Source: Eledone cirrhosa | Taxonomy: Eukaryota | Length of the DNA stretch: 64,000 nt | Assembly: GCA_964016885.1 (NCBI GenBank) | Contig: OZ024748.1 | Location: 46,438,001-46,502,000 of the forward strand | Reading direction: 5' to 3' | Part shown: positions 41,576 to 54,898 of the stretch, piece by piece | Position numbering within the stretch: the stretch's first letter is position 1 | Layout of the letters: the number at the start of each line of letters is the position of its first letter | Program-made: the position numbers and the translations under genes | The notes under the pieces: model-generated | What the model saw: the letters and a program-made list of their open reading frames with translations, nothing else | The model's database searches: none | What the model was told of the DNA's origin: nothing

Positions 41576-41884
41576 TGAGAAATTAATTGAAATATAATAA
41601 TAGGGTATAAGTATCGTAAGAGAGGAGGAAGCAGAGAGGTACAGAGAGGTGCGAAACATGTGTAAGATCTATATAAAGAACTTGTTTTAACGGCTTGTAA
41701 CTCCTTCATTCATTCATTTGATTATATATATATATATGGAAAATAGGATGGCTGTGTAGTTGCTAGTTAAGGTAGGCTTAAAAAATAAGAATAAAAAAAA
41801 AGCGAGAATTGGGGGGAGGGATTTTCCTCATTAGTTGTCTAGCCCCTCCCGCCCCCATTCTTGCTTTCTTCTTCTTGTTATTTT

Positions 41885-41993
<109 letters not shown>

Positions 41994-42468
41994 ATTCTTT
42001 GCGAGGGTTATGCTGCCAATAAAACAAATGCACCTGATGTTTTCCTTTCAATTTAATATAATATAATATATTTCCGGTTATATATAAGAATCGACTGAAA
42101 AGTTAATAGCTGACTATGAAGGAGTGACGCTAGAGCTGTGAAATCTTGCATGCATTAATTTCAACTCTTCTTATTAATAACTGCATTGTTTCTTTCCAGG
42201 CATTATGTTGAAAAATAAACCTCATTTGGTCATTCCATGAGAGTATCTTGGTCAGTCTATGAACCCTTTACACTCCTTTTAAGTCACTCCTCTTCCTGTT
42301 TTTACCACAATTTCGTAGTTTGAAAGAGACTTAAAGCTTCTCCGTGTTTCTATGTGATGTATTTCCGGGTTGGCCTTTGAGTTGGGGTCAATAAAAACTT
42401 GGCCACACCCGACTAGATGTTGTTGACGGTCACGACTCCACTCACAACAATTTCCTTGTGATATTTAA

Positions 42469-42690
42469 CCCTTTAGCAGTTACATTACTCTATATCTACT
42501 ATTGTATTTTTTATGGTAAAGGCTTTATCTAACATAATTATCTTACATAATATCGAATCCATGAGATTTTGCTATTATTTATTTTGAGAACAATACCTTA
42601 ATGTAGGTATAATTGGGCGGTTGCAGCAGGTTTGAACAGAAAGAGGTGACAGAGGCCTGCCCAGCTACAGACGGTTTAAATGCTAAAGGG
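42469..42690. mobile_element. piggyBac-type MITE
   Basis: TTAA TSD on both sides; TIR CCCTTTAGCA / TGCTAAAGGG. Confidence 0.88.
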
Positions 42691-42831
42691 TTAAATGAAA
42701 GTTCATATCGAAAATCAACGTTTATATAAATATTTCATATCGAAAATCAACGTTTATATAAATATTTCTGAGAATCCCATCATCAATCGCTTCATTCCAC
42801 CGAAGGGTGGTTTTTCTGCTAGTAATGATAA

Positions 42832-43038
42832 TGATTTCTAGTATAAGCACAAATTTGGGGGAGAGGAAAGTCGATTAAATCGACCCTAGTTCGTTACTGG
42901 TACACTATTTCATCGACCCCGTAAGGATGAAAGGCAAAGTTAACCTCGGCGGGATTTGAACTCAGACCATAAAGGGCCGTAACTCTTTGCTATAAAGTAT
43001 GGCGTCAGACCCTCTACCGTTACTGCCAATCCACCGCC
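42832..43038 (-). mobile_element. SINE family 1, long variant
   Basis: Consensus match on minus strand. Confidence 0.88.
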
Positions 43039-43496
43039 TCACAACGTAATTGATATACGGACAGTATCATTTTGTCGGACGTTCTAACAATTCTATTAAT
43101 CCCCTACTGCTAACGTAACAGACATGCTAAAGCAACGCCCATACAAGTTTGTTTGAAATTTGCAGGGACAAGGCAATCTTGAAAACAATACTAAAGTTAT
43201 ATAACGAGCGAAAACAATGGGTGGTGTAAACTCAGAGTGTGTTCAACTGTAAAGAAAATACAAGCGAAATCGCTTTTCTTTCAAAAATCTCTTTTTTTCA
43301 TTTGTCATAAAATTCGGCTTCAGGTCTTCTATTTACGAAACACACCCATTTAATTACCCTCGCCTCTCCTAACATCCTGTTTGCCATCTGCCCAGTTTAA
43401 TCAATCATCTTTGCACATGGAATGGACCTCCACCGATTTCGACGATGAGTTTCCCAGTCATTTGATCACCTGAACAGCTGGCTCGTGAAACTAAGA

Positions 43497-45303
43497 TGTC
43501 ACTATGTGAAACACTATGTGAAACGCTATGTTAAACACAATGTGAAACACTATGTGAAACGCTATGTTAAACACTATGTGAAACGCTATGTTAAACACAA
43601 TGTTAAACACAATGTGAAACGCTATGTTAAACACTATGTGAAACACTATGTTAAACACTATGTTAAACACTATGTGAAACGCTATGTTAAACACAATGTG
43701 AAACACTATGTGAAACGCTATGTTAAACACTATGTGAAACACTATGTTAAACACTATGTTAAACACTATGTTAAACACTATGTGAAACGCTATGTTAAAC
43801 ACTATCTTAAACACTATGTTAAACACTATGTTAAACACTATGTTAAACACTATGTTAAACACAATGTGAAACGCTATGTTAAACACTATGTTAAACACTA
43901 TGTTAAACACTATGTTAAACACTATGTGAAACGCTATGTTAAACACAATGTGAAACACTATGTGAAACGCTATGTTAAACACTATGTGAAACACTATGTT
44001 AAACACTATGTTAAACACTATGTGAAACGCTATGTTAAACACAACGTGAAACACTATGTGAAACGCTATGTTAAACACTATATTAAACACTGTGAAACAC
44101 TATGTGAAACACTATGTGAAACACTATGTTAAACACTATGTGAAACACTATGTTAAACACTGTGTTAAACACTATGTGAAACACTATGTGAAACACTATG
44201 TTAAACACAATGTGAAACACTATGTTAAACACTATGTTAAACACTATGTGAAACACTATGTGAAACACTATGTGAAACACTATGTTAAACACTATGTGAA
44301 ACACTATGTGAAACACTATGTTAAACACTATGTGAAACACTATGTTAAACACTATGTTAAACACTATGTGAAACACTATGTGAAACACTATGTTAAACAC
44401 AATGTGAAACACTATGTTAAACACTATGTTAAACACTATGTGAAACACTATGTGAAACACTATGTTAAACACTATGTGAAACACTATGTGAAACACTATG
44501 TTAAACACTATGTGAAACGCTATGTTAAACACAATGTGAAACACTATGTTAAACACTATGTTAAACACTATGTGAAACACTATGTGAAACACTATGTTAA
44601 ACACTATGTGAAACGCTATGTTAAACACAATGTGAAACACTATGTTAAACACTATGTTAAACACTATGTGAAACACTATGTGTAACACTACGTTAAACAC
44701 AATGTGAAACGCTATGTTAAACACAATGTGAAACACTATGTTAAACACTATGTTAAACACTATGTGAAACACTATGTTAAACACTATGTTAAACACTATG
44801 TGAAACGCTATGTTAAACACAATGTGAAACACTATGTTAAACACTATGTTAAACACTATGTGAAACACCATGTTAAACACTATGTTAAACACTATGAGAA
44901 ACGCTATGTTAAACACAATGTGAAACACTATGTTAAACACTATGTTAAACACTATGTGAAACACTATGTGAAACACTATGTTAAACACTATGTGAAACGC
45001 TATGTTAAACACAATGTGAAACACTATGTGAAACGCTATGTTAAACACTATGTGAAACACTATGTTAAACACTACGTGAAACACTATGTTAAACACTATG
45101 TTAAACACTATGTGAAACACTATGTTAAACACTATGTGAAACACTATGTTAAACACTACGTGAAACACTATGTTAAACACTATGTTAAACACTATGTGAA
45201 ACACTATGTGAAACACTATGTTAAACACTATGTGAAACGCTATGTTAAACACTATGTTAAACACTATGTGAAACACTATGTGAAACAATATATGAAACAC
45301 TAT
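43497..45303. repeat. 12-bp tandem satellite AAACACTATGT(T/G), about 150 units
   Basis: Directly visible; minor variants AAACGCT and AAACACAAT. Confidence 0.97.
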
Positions 45304-45487
45304 TACTCAAACACTTAATTCTCAGGAAGATTCAGTATGAACACTGGGTGTGTTTCAGGGCAGGCCTTTCGAATTACAGGTGCAATATTTATTATTAGTA
45401 CAGATTTAATTTTAAGCAAAGAATTTTTACTTTCAGAAGATCCTTTATAGGGTGAAAGCAGAAATTATTTGCTTAAACTTTAATCTG

Positions 45488-45519
<32 letters not shown>

Positions 45520-45589
45520 ATAATAATAATAATAATAATAATAATATTACTACTACTACTACTGCTACTACTACTACTAATAATAATAA

Positions 45590-45806
45590 TAATTGTTTCT
45601 TATATAGGCACAAGGCCAGCAATTTTGGCAGAGGGGAAAGTCGATTTAATCGACCCCAGTGCGTGACTGGTACTTTATTTTATCGACCCCGTAAGGATGA
45701 AAGGCAAAGTTAACGTCGGCGGGATTTGAACTCAGACCGTAAATGGCCGTAACTCTATGCTGCAAAGCATGGCGTCCGACCCTCTACCGATACCGCCAAT
45801 TCACCT
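45590..45806 (-). mobile_element. SINE family 1, long variant, in a (TAC/TAA)n tract
   Basis: Consensus match. Confidence 0.9.
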
Positions 45807-45808
45807 CC

Positions 45809-45868
<60 letters not shown>

Positions 45869-45871
45869 ATG

Positions 45872-45904
<33 letters not shown>

Positions 45905-45912
<8 letters not shown>

Positions 45913-46354
45913 GAGGGTATACCTGCTAATTGATATGTCCGTTCCAATAGACAAGAATGTATCTATAAAAACATTTGAAAAATTGAGCAAGTATAAGGAC
46001 CTGGAGATAGAAATTGGAAAAATGTGGAAATTGAGAACTAAAACAATACCAGTGGTTGTAGGCGCTCTGGGAATGATACCTAAGGGGTCTAATGATTACT
46101 TATCGCAAATCCCAGGAAACCCGCGTATAGGAGAAATACAAAAGATAGTACTAATGGGAACTGCCCATATACTAAGGAAGATTCTGTCAATATAAGTACA
46201 TCACAAGTCTAAGCACTAAAGATGCATGTGTGAGTATGTATGTTCCTTCTTGAACATGGCGGACCTTGTTGTCTCTTGAGGTCACTGGTTGTGACTTGGT
46301 GATAACTCGTATGAACATAAACCAAGATAAATGCAACTGTAATAATAATAATAA
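45905..46354 (+). pseudogene. 3' end of a Dong/R4-type LINE (RLE C-terminus and 3' UTR) in (TAA)n
   Basis: LLIDMSVPIDKNV..EKLSKYKDL..PVVVGALG..IQKIVLMGTAHILRK; (TAA)n at both ends. Confidence 0.88.
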
Positions 46355-47568
46355 TATATATACGCATGCATATCTCAGCAGCACCCCCAGAGAAGATGAC
46401 GCAAAAATTGCAAGTTTAAACAGCCGGTGACACCCGGAACATGTGCCACACCAACTCACAGGGTTTGTTTCACAAGTGGGTTGCACTCATCCAAATTCTC
46501 CAGTTCGGGAACGGAGGCACAAGACGTTACGATGAAACCCGACTAAAAAAACAGAAAAAAAAAATACTGTCGGACAAGTTTTGGTATATTAAGAAACATC
46601 CTATCTGGCAAAACCCTAAAATGATTAAATACAACCCTGGGATTCCTCAGAGTCAACATTGGGAAACACTGCTCTACAATCTTAAATAGGGAAGCGCAGA
46701 TTGGAAAACAATGTCAAAAGTACAGTATTCTTGAATATCAAAAGACGTGGTGGTCATATCTAGATTGCCTTTGGTGATATCATAGATCTGCTTCATCAGA
46801 AGTGGCCGAAAGTTAAACAATGTTGAGAACATCTACAAAAAGAGCAGCATGACTATCAACAACAATAACAACACCAACAGCAATAATTATAACAACATCA
46901 ACGACAGAAACACCCACAACACAAACAACATCAACACCAACAACATCAACATCATCACCAACAACAACACCAGGAACAGGAATATAATGATTTACAAGTC
47001 ACCTCCTAGCAACGAACAATATAGACAGAGACACTTCCAGCTCTTCAAATTCCATTTAATAATTTCTCGTACAATATATTATTCGTAGTCTTAATTTTTA
47101 ATATATCTTTCCTACGGATTAGAAGTCGAGCGTTATGTACGAGACAATATGGCGCTTGAAGCTGTAAATTTGATCGATCACCAAATATTAAGATATCGAT
47201 TAGGTTAAAGTAAATTGGACGTTATAAATACATTAGTAGGACTTGTAGTCGACGTTTCTGCAATCTTCTTCACTTTGGATCCCCTCACACACGCACGCAA
47301 ACAAACACACGCAAACACACACACAAACATTAAAGCTCATACACATACTTGTACATATCAACAATCACATGCACACTCATGCACAAACACTCGTTATATA
47401 AACATGTAACTATGCCTGTCTGTATATACATACACATATGCATACACGTTTGCATATTTATATATATATTTAAACTTTAATCTGTTATTTTAATATATAT
47501 ATATATATATATATTTGCTTTTCCTTCTATGTTGTTTACTTGTCTCACTCGCTTTACGCGATTCACTT

Positions 47569-47670
47569 GTCCCAATAGCTTATTTTAGTTATTGCTCGCA
47601 CCAACCTGAGGTATATGATTTTTAATGCGATGAAATACCAATGATGGCTGGCAAATCACTGATGAGGGAC
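47569..47670 (+). ncRNA. Permuted hammerhead-like motif, copy 4
   Basis: All helices present; K-turn CTGA / AAT-GATG; predicted cleavage after A47615. Confidence 0.75.
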
Positions 47671-48464
47671 TAATTTTATAATATGTAACCCATGTGCAAC
47701 CACCCAGTATTCCTCTTTCTTCCCATGTTTTTTATATATATATATATACATATGCATGTATATATATCGTGTTTGCAGGCTTGTGGCTGCATATACAGGC
47801 ATTTGCATACAGTAATTTAGGTGTAGATGTGTACATCCAAGATATGCTTAATGATGACATATATAAACAGTATCACAACATCGCATCTTACATATACATA
47901 TATACATATGTATGCATATATATATATATGTATATATGTGTTTATGTGTATGTATGTGCCCATGTGTGTATGTGACACCTCTATCGAGTTATAGCCATAG
48001 GTCCGTGAATTTCACGCGAAGTTCAACCACCCGTATATAGCTGCTAATATAACTGCTAATATAGCTGCTAACGATTTCAACTGACTGAGAGGCAAAAATT
48101 ATCTCAAAGCCCTGGAAGACATTGGATGAATGCAATTCCGTATGATTCGCTTTTTCTTAAGTGTAAAGGCCGAGAAAGTACAGACAACTTTTAAAGGTGT
48201 TCTAGACCACGATATGGCACTTGTCGAAAGTACTTTTCATATTGATACCGACCAGAGGCGGTTGGAAATGTTTCAACCAAGTGTCGAAAGTGTTGGTAGC
48301 TTTAAGCTCATATTAAAAAGCGAACTCTCGATGACAGTACTTTCAGGGAACTCACAGAAACCTGACATGGGACATGATTCCTTAAGCTTTCACAAAATAA
48401 TGACTAATCAAAATCAACTATTTCCAGACATTTGGTGGCAATTGAGATTTTGTGCCAATCGAGA

Positions 48465-48690
48465 GTGGGCTAAAATTGTAAGGAAAAGAAAACTGCAGTA
48501 TTTTGGTGATGTCATCAGGGCCCATGATTTAACAACCCACATCCTTGAGGGACGAATATAGGGGAAAGGGCTAGGGGACAGCAGAAAAGGAGATGGACAA
48601 GGAGTGGGCAGGAAGGAGTTTGGCGGAATGTACGGCAATGGCAAGTGAGAAGAAAATATGAGGATGGGATAAGAAGACGAAAAAAAAAAA
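48465..48690 (+). pseudogene. Decayed RTE-type LINE 3' fragment
   Basis: RKRKLQYFGDVIRAHDLTTHILEGRI resembles an RTE C-terminus. Confidence 0.55.
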
Positions 48691-49160
48691 AAATGAATGA
48701 ATAGATTGAAATAGAAAGCTAGAAAAAAATGCCTCCACATATGTTTAGGTACAGAAATAATCCATTCCTAAAAGATATAGAAACGTGTGATAAAAAGTGG
48801 ATTCTGTACAAACAAAGTTTCCATTCTACACTTGAAAAGGGGATTTCAACCCCGAAATATGTTGAAATATACTAGGTAAAACATTACTTTGTTTTGTTTA
48901 TTTGTCATCCTTTCCCATGTGTATATATCTACCTCTTTCGTGTGACTTTTTGAAAGTTATCATTCATATCTATACGTGTGGTATTGAAAGACACGACAAT
49001 ACGACTCAATACAGAAGTAGTGTTCAACAATATTTTTAAAATGACTAAGTGATGTATTCTGCGCAAAGTCACCGTAACGTGTATTATGATTCTGTGAGTA
49101 CACAGGTGAAACTTCAGGATAACAAGATTCACAACATAGCCATTATAAAATATAAAAATC

Positions 49161-49690
<530 letters not shown>

Positions 49691-49760
49691 TCTCCTTCTT
49701 CCTCACTTTCTGTTGCCTCACCATTTTGTTTGTTTACCCTCGCGTCCCCTTTATTTACGT

Positions 49761-49862
49761 GTCCCAACGACTTTTTTTAGCCGTTGCTCGCACCAACCGG
49801 AGGTATATGGTCTTTAAAGCGATGAAATGCCTATGATAGTTGGAAGATCACTGATGAAGGAC
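49761..49862 (+). ncRNA. Permuted hammerhead-like motif, copy 5
   Basis: Stem I TGGTCTT/AAGATCA; predicted cleavage after A49807. Confidence 0.75.
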
Positions 49863-49934
49863 AAACTTTTTTCATATGTAACCCATTTGCCACTCCGCAG
49901 CGCCCTTATTATCATATATATATATATATATATA

Positions 49935-50168
49935 TAACGAAGGAAATGTGGTAAGGAACCAGATGGACCATAACGCACCAAAGTACTCAATACTTAGGGT
50001 AGTAGAGTGGGTAATAGGAACGAGTAGGACCCCGACGGTTGAGCTCAAGCCGTTTCGACGGCTAATTCTGGAATAAAAAAAATAAATAAAAATAAATCAT
50101 TTTTTTTTTTTTAGTCCAGAATTAGCCGTCGAAACGGCTTGAGCTCAGCCGTCGGGGTCCTACTCGTT

Positions 50169-50172
<4 letters not shown>
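49935..50172. mobile_element. Family A fold-back element
   Basis: Inverted arms with an A/T-rich centre; in (TA)n. Confidence 0.8.
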
Positions 50173-50217
<45 letters not shown>

Positions 50218-50223
<6 letters not shown>

Positions 50224-50402
50224 AATGAAATCTGAGTTTTTCGAATATTAATAACAACACAACACTCGATTCATTTGCAACTATACAAACAAGCCTCAAT
50301 GCTATAGCCATATCAGTAGAATGAACAATTCCATCTTGCATAATTGCAAAGGAATCGAATGTTATTATTGATATTCGAAAAACTCAGATTACATTTATTG
50401 TA
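50218..50402. repeat. Imperfect inverted-repeat element (relatives at 30141-30265 and 57157-57210)
   Basis: Arms ..CTGAGTTTTTCGAATA.. / ..TATTCGAAAAACTCAG.. Confidence 0.6.
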
Positions 50403-50924
50403 TTCAGCCATGTAGAGCGAAATTTTCGGCAAGACACTTTATTTCACGTTGCTCCTTCTACCTGGAGTTGCGACCGATAGATAGTATTAGCAATTGGAAA
50501 GACCAACGGAAACATTGTTTCCTCGGTCCGATTTTACGAACGCCGATCGACTACATATATACGTGTGTGTGTGTGTGTGAATCCCGGGTTTTCAATCAGA
50601 GATAACCACATTGAGTAAGATACTCCATACATTAGTAAATTGTAAAGAACAAATTTAATATACAGATCGGTTCTAAAGGACTAGAAATGTTTCATTCGAA
50701 GTTTCTATATTAAATTTGTTATATATATATGTTTGTGATTGTGTGTGTGTATTTTTCTGTCTATATTGAGTGTATGAATGCATGTAAGCGTGTATGGATG
50801 TAAGTATGAGTGGATGAATGTATGCATGTATATAACTATGAATATATCTCAAAATTCCAAAAGGGGAAACTGAACCCCATACTCATATTTGTCTGAGTAT
50901 CTCTCGCTCGGGGCTTCTTTGTGT

Positions 50925-50989
<65 letters not shown>

Positions 50990-51766
50990 CATATATACAC
51001 ACACACATATATATATATATACATATGCATACACACACACACACATGTATGTATATATGCAAACAATCCATAAAACATTCTTAGTTTTCGCATGAAATAT
51101 TTATTATAATATATTCATTGTTAAATCTTTCATGCGATTATTGAATCACAGACATCCCTCTCTCTCTTACATATATACACACACACATATATACATATGA
51201 ATATATGTGTGTGTTTACACATATATGTGTGTGGTTACAAATATGTGTGATGTCGGTGTGGGTGTATGTGTATACATATATATATATAAAAGTGTATGCA
51301 TATGTATATGTATATATATATATACATATATACATAAATGCATAACCACACACACACACACACACACATACAGAAGGACGTTTATTTAGGCAAGCAAACA
51401 CAGTCAGTTATATACTAAATACAATGAAATAACATGCATATTTCAAATATACTGGCAGGTTGAAGAGATATGAGCTGATATGAAGCCTAAATCACAAAAC
51501 ATTGTTACAACAATAACAACAAAGGTTTTAATAATGGCGTAGAAAATAAAAAATATACCTGCAAGTGTCTGCGCATTCATATGACACGTGCCGCTCTAAC
51601 ATATTTCTTACGGAATTTCCGTGTGTGCGATTGGCCACCGTGAAATGATTTATCTTTGTTTAAGTATAAAATCCTGTCCTTCGGTCTTTAACTCTCGACC
51701 GTATCGTTAGCCGAACCACACTTAATGTGAAAAGTACACACCATAAGGAACAGATTATTTATGGAA

Positions 51767-52677
51767 GTGAATTGGCAGTATCGGTGGAGGGTCGGACGCC
51801 ATTTTTTCCAGCATAGTTACGTCCCTTTACGATCTGAGTTCAAATCCCGCCGAGGTTGACTTCGCCTTTCATCCTTACGGGGTCGATAAAATAAAGTACC
51901 AGTAATGCACTGGGTGATTGCTGGCCTTGTGCCTAAAGTAGAAACAATTATTAATAATCGTATTATTATTATTAGTATAATATTAATAGAATATCTTACT
52001 TCATAATAAAAATATTCATAATCTAGAATGAGCTAAATGAAATTAAATTAATTTAAGCATATAAATTTGTAATTAACTTAAATATTTGATTTCTATAGAA
52101 AGTAATCTATGCCTAATAATCTATATATAATATAAACTTGTAATTAACTAAAGCGTAATCCAATACAAGCGGTATTCACTGACAAATATTAGGAAAACAT
52201 TTTGAATTTTGAATTTAGTCTAGCATTTGAATACAACGGGTTTTTTATTCTCTCCTCTATTTGATCCTTTCCTTTTCTCTTTTTCTTCGGTTTTCTGTAT
52301 TTCTTTTTTCTCTCCGCATCTTCCCTTTTCATCTGTTTTTTATTCCCCTTCTCTCTCTGCATCTTCTCTTTTTCTTCTTTTATTTATTTATTTATTTATT
52401 TATTTCCCTTCATTTGCTTCGCATCTTCCCTCTCAACTTCCCTTCAATATTTCTACCTTGCTCTACGTCCTCTTCTTCTCTAAGTTTATCATATTATTTG
52501 GCAGTATCGGTAGAGGGTCGGACGCCATGCTTTCCAGCATCGTTACGTCCCTTTACGATCTGAGATCAAATCCCGCCGAGGTTGACTTTGCCTTTCATCC
52601 TTACGGGGTCGATAAAATAAAGTACCAGTAATGCACTGGGTAATTGCTGGCCTTGTGCCTAAAGTAGAAACAATTAT
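51767..52677 (+). mobile_element. Composite SINE-spacer-SINE insertion (inverted copy of 53654-54567)
   Basis: 13-bp TSD ATTATTTATGGAA (51754-51766, 52673-52685) brackets both SINEs and the ~550-bp spacer. Confidence 0.85.
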
Positions 52678-52820
52678 TTATGGAACCGAATATAATATAA
52701 ATGTAGCGAGCTAAGTTCTATTTCATTTCACATTTCATAGTTCTACTTTCACAGATAATCATTTCACTTCAAAAGAATACATTTATTATATAATAAACAA
52801 CACAATATAATTATTCAATT

Positions 52821-52886
52821 ACCCAAGATTTCACGAAGACTGGCGACCCCGACAGAGGAGTCCGAAGTGTCGTTCATCAGATGGGT
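52821..52886 (-). ncRNA. Hammerhead variant lacking a stem III loop, in an extended stem I (~52780-52925)
   Basis: ACCCAT-CTGATGA-ACGA..TCGT-GAAATC-TTGGGT. Confidence 0.6.
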
Positions 52887-52921
52887 AATGGAATAATTAT
52901 ATTATGTTGTTTATTACATAA

Positions 52922-52964
<43 letters not shown>

Positions 52965-52968
52965 AATA

Positions 52969-53357
52969 TGATAATAATGGAGCTGCGGCGTTGCAAATGG
53001 GTTACATATGAAAAAGTAAGTCCTTCATCAGTGACCCTCCAACCGTCCTAGGCATTTCATCGCTTTAAGGGCCATATACCTCAGGTTGGTGCGAACAACG
53101 GCTAAAAAAAGTCGTTGGGACACGTAAATAAAGGGGACGTTAGGGTGAACAAACAAAATGGTTTAAGCAAGAGAAAGTGAGAAGAAAGAGACAAGTCCCA
53201 GATTTCTATGAATATAAACTCGGTGAAATCGTGAACAAGAGAATAAAGACCATCAAATCTGGTTGAAATGTGAGCAAGGAAGGAATTTCGCACAGGTCTA
53301 ACGGGGGGAAGAAGAAGGGGTCTGGTCTGCGAATTCGGTAAACATAAGTTCTGTGAA

Positions 53358-53358
<1 letters not shown>
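52969..53358 (-). mobile_element. Longest family G element, with permuted hammerhead copy 6 (53020-53121)
   Basis: Near-identical to 22937-23255; (TA)n on both sides. Confidence 0.82.
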
Positions 53359-53440
<82 letters not shown>

Positions 53441-53445
<5 letters not shown>

Positions 53446-53552
53446 CAAAATATTAATAAAGGAAAAATATTCTCATAACCAAAATATATATTTTATTATC
53501 ATATTTCAAAGGTACAATGGTGTTTAAGTACGTTTTCATCAGATAAAATATA
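53441..53552 (-). ncRNA. Diverged 18041-type unit with type I HHR
   Basis: TATTTTAT-CTGATGA-AAACGTAC/GTACCTTT-GAAATATGAT-A-ATAAAATA. Confidence 0.65.
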
Positions 53553-53653
53553 TGAGAGATTGGATATGCGACATACCGCTACGGTTTTGATTATTCAGTT
53601 CCAATAGTGGCAGTGATTTATTTCACCAACCCTCAATGTTTTTATACCACAAA

Positions 53654-54567
53654 TAATTGTTTCTACTTTAGGCACAAGGCCAGCAATTACCCAGTGAATT
53701 ACTGGTACTTTATTTTATCGACCCCGTAAGGATGAAAGGCAAAGTCAACCTCGGCGGGATTTGATCTCAGATCGTAAAGGGACGTAACGATGCTGGAAAG
53801 CATGGCGTCCGACCCTCTACCGATACTGCCAAATAATATGATAAACTTAGAGAAGAAGAGGACGTAGAGCAAGGTAGAAATATAGAAAGGGAGTTGAGAG
53901 GGAAGATGCGAAGCAAATGAAGGGAAATAAATAAATAAATAAATAAATAAAAGAAGAAAAAGAGAAGATGCAGAGAGAGAAGGGGAATAAAAAACAGAAG
54001 AAAAGGGAAGATGCGGAGAGAAAAAAGAAATAAAGAAAACCGAAGAAAAAGAGAAAAGGAAAGGATCAAATAGAGGAGAGAATAAAAAACCCGTTGTATT
54101 CAAATGCTAGACTAAATTCAAAATTCAAAATGTTTTCCTAATATTTGTCAGTGAATACCGCTTGTATTGGATTACGCTTTAGTTAATTACAAGTTTATAT
54201 TATATATAGATTATTAGGCATAGATTACTTTCTATAGAAATCAAATATTTAAGTTAATTACAAATTTATATGCTTAAATTAATTTAATTTCATTTAGCTC
54301 ATTCTAGATTATGAACATTTTTATTATGAAGTAAGATATTCTATTAATATTATACTAATAATAATAATACGATTATTAATAATTGTTTCTACTTTAGGCA
54401 CAAGGCCAACAATTACCCAGTGCATTACTGGTACTTTATTTTATCGACCCCGTAAGGATGAAAGGCGAAGTTAACCTCGGCGGGATTTGAACTCAGATCG
54501 TAAAGGGACGTAACTATGGTGGAAAGCATGGCGTCCGACCCTCTACCGATACTGCCAATCCACCACC
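53654..54567 (-). mobile_element. Two SINE family 1 copies (53654-53832, 54378-54567) with spacer; presumed donor of 51767-52677
   Basis: The 54378 copy has its own TSD TAATACGATTATTAATAAT. Confidence 0.9.
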
Positions 54568-54632
54568 TAATACGATTATTAATAATGATAATAGTATTAA
54601 TGCAGCAGCAGCAGTAACAGCACTCTTATTAT

Positions 54633-54633
<1 letters not shown>

Positions 54634-54701
<68 letters not shown>

Positions 54702-54742
54702 CAGTAGTAGTAGTAGTAGTAGTGGTAGTAGTAGTGGTAGTA

Positions 54743-54836
<94 letters not shown>

Positions 54837-54844
54837 TAGTAGTG

Positions 54845-54897
<53 letters not shown>
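54634..54897. repeat. (AGT)n repeat
   Basis: Directly visible. Confidence 0.97.

Positions 54898-54898
<1 letters not shown>

Noticed and set aside
43485-45318. Repetitive protein gene or CRISPR-like array
   Set aside because: Pure 12-bp tandem satellite with no unique spacers, signal peptide or cas genes
52227-54103. Duplicated 134-aa hydrophobic ORFs as a gene pair
   Set aside because: Pyrimidine-rich spacer plus SINE inside the inverted duplication
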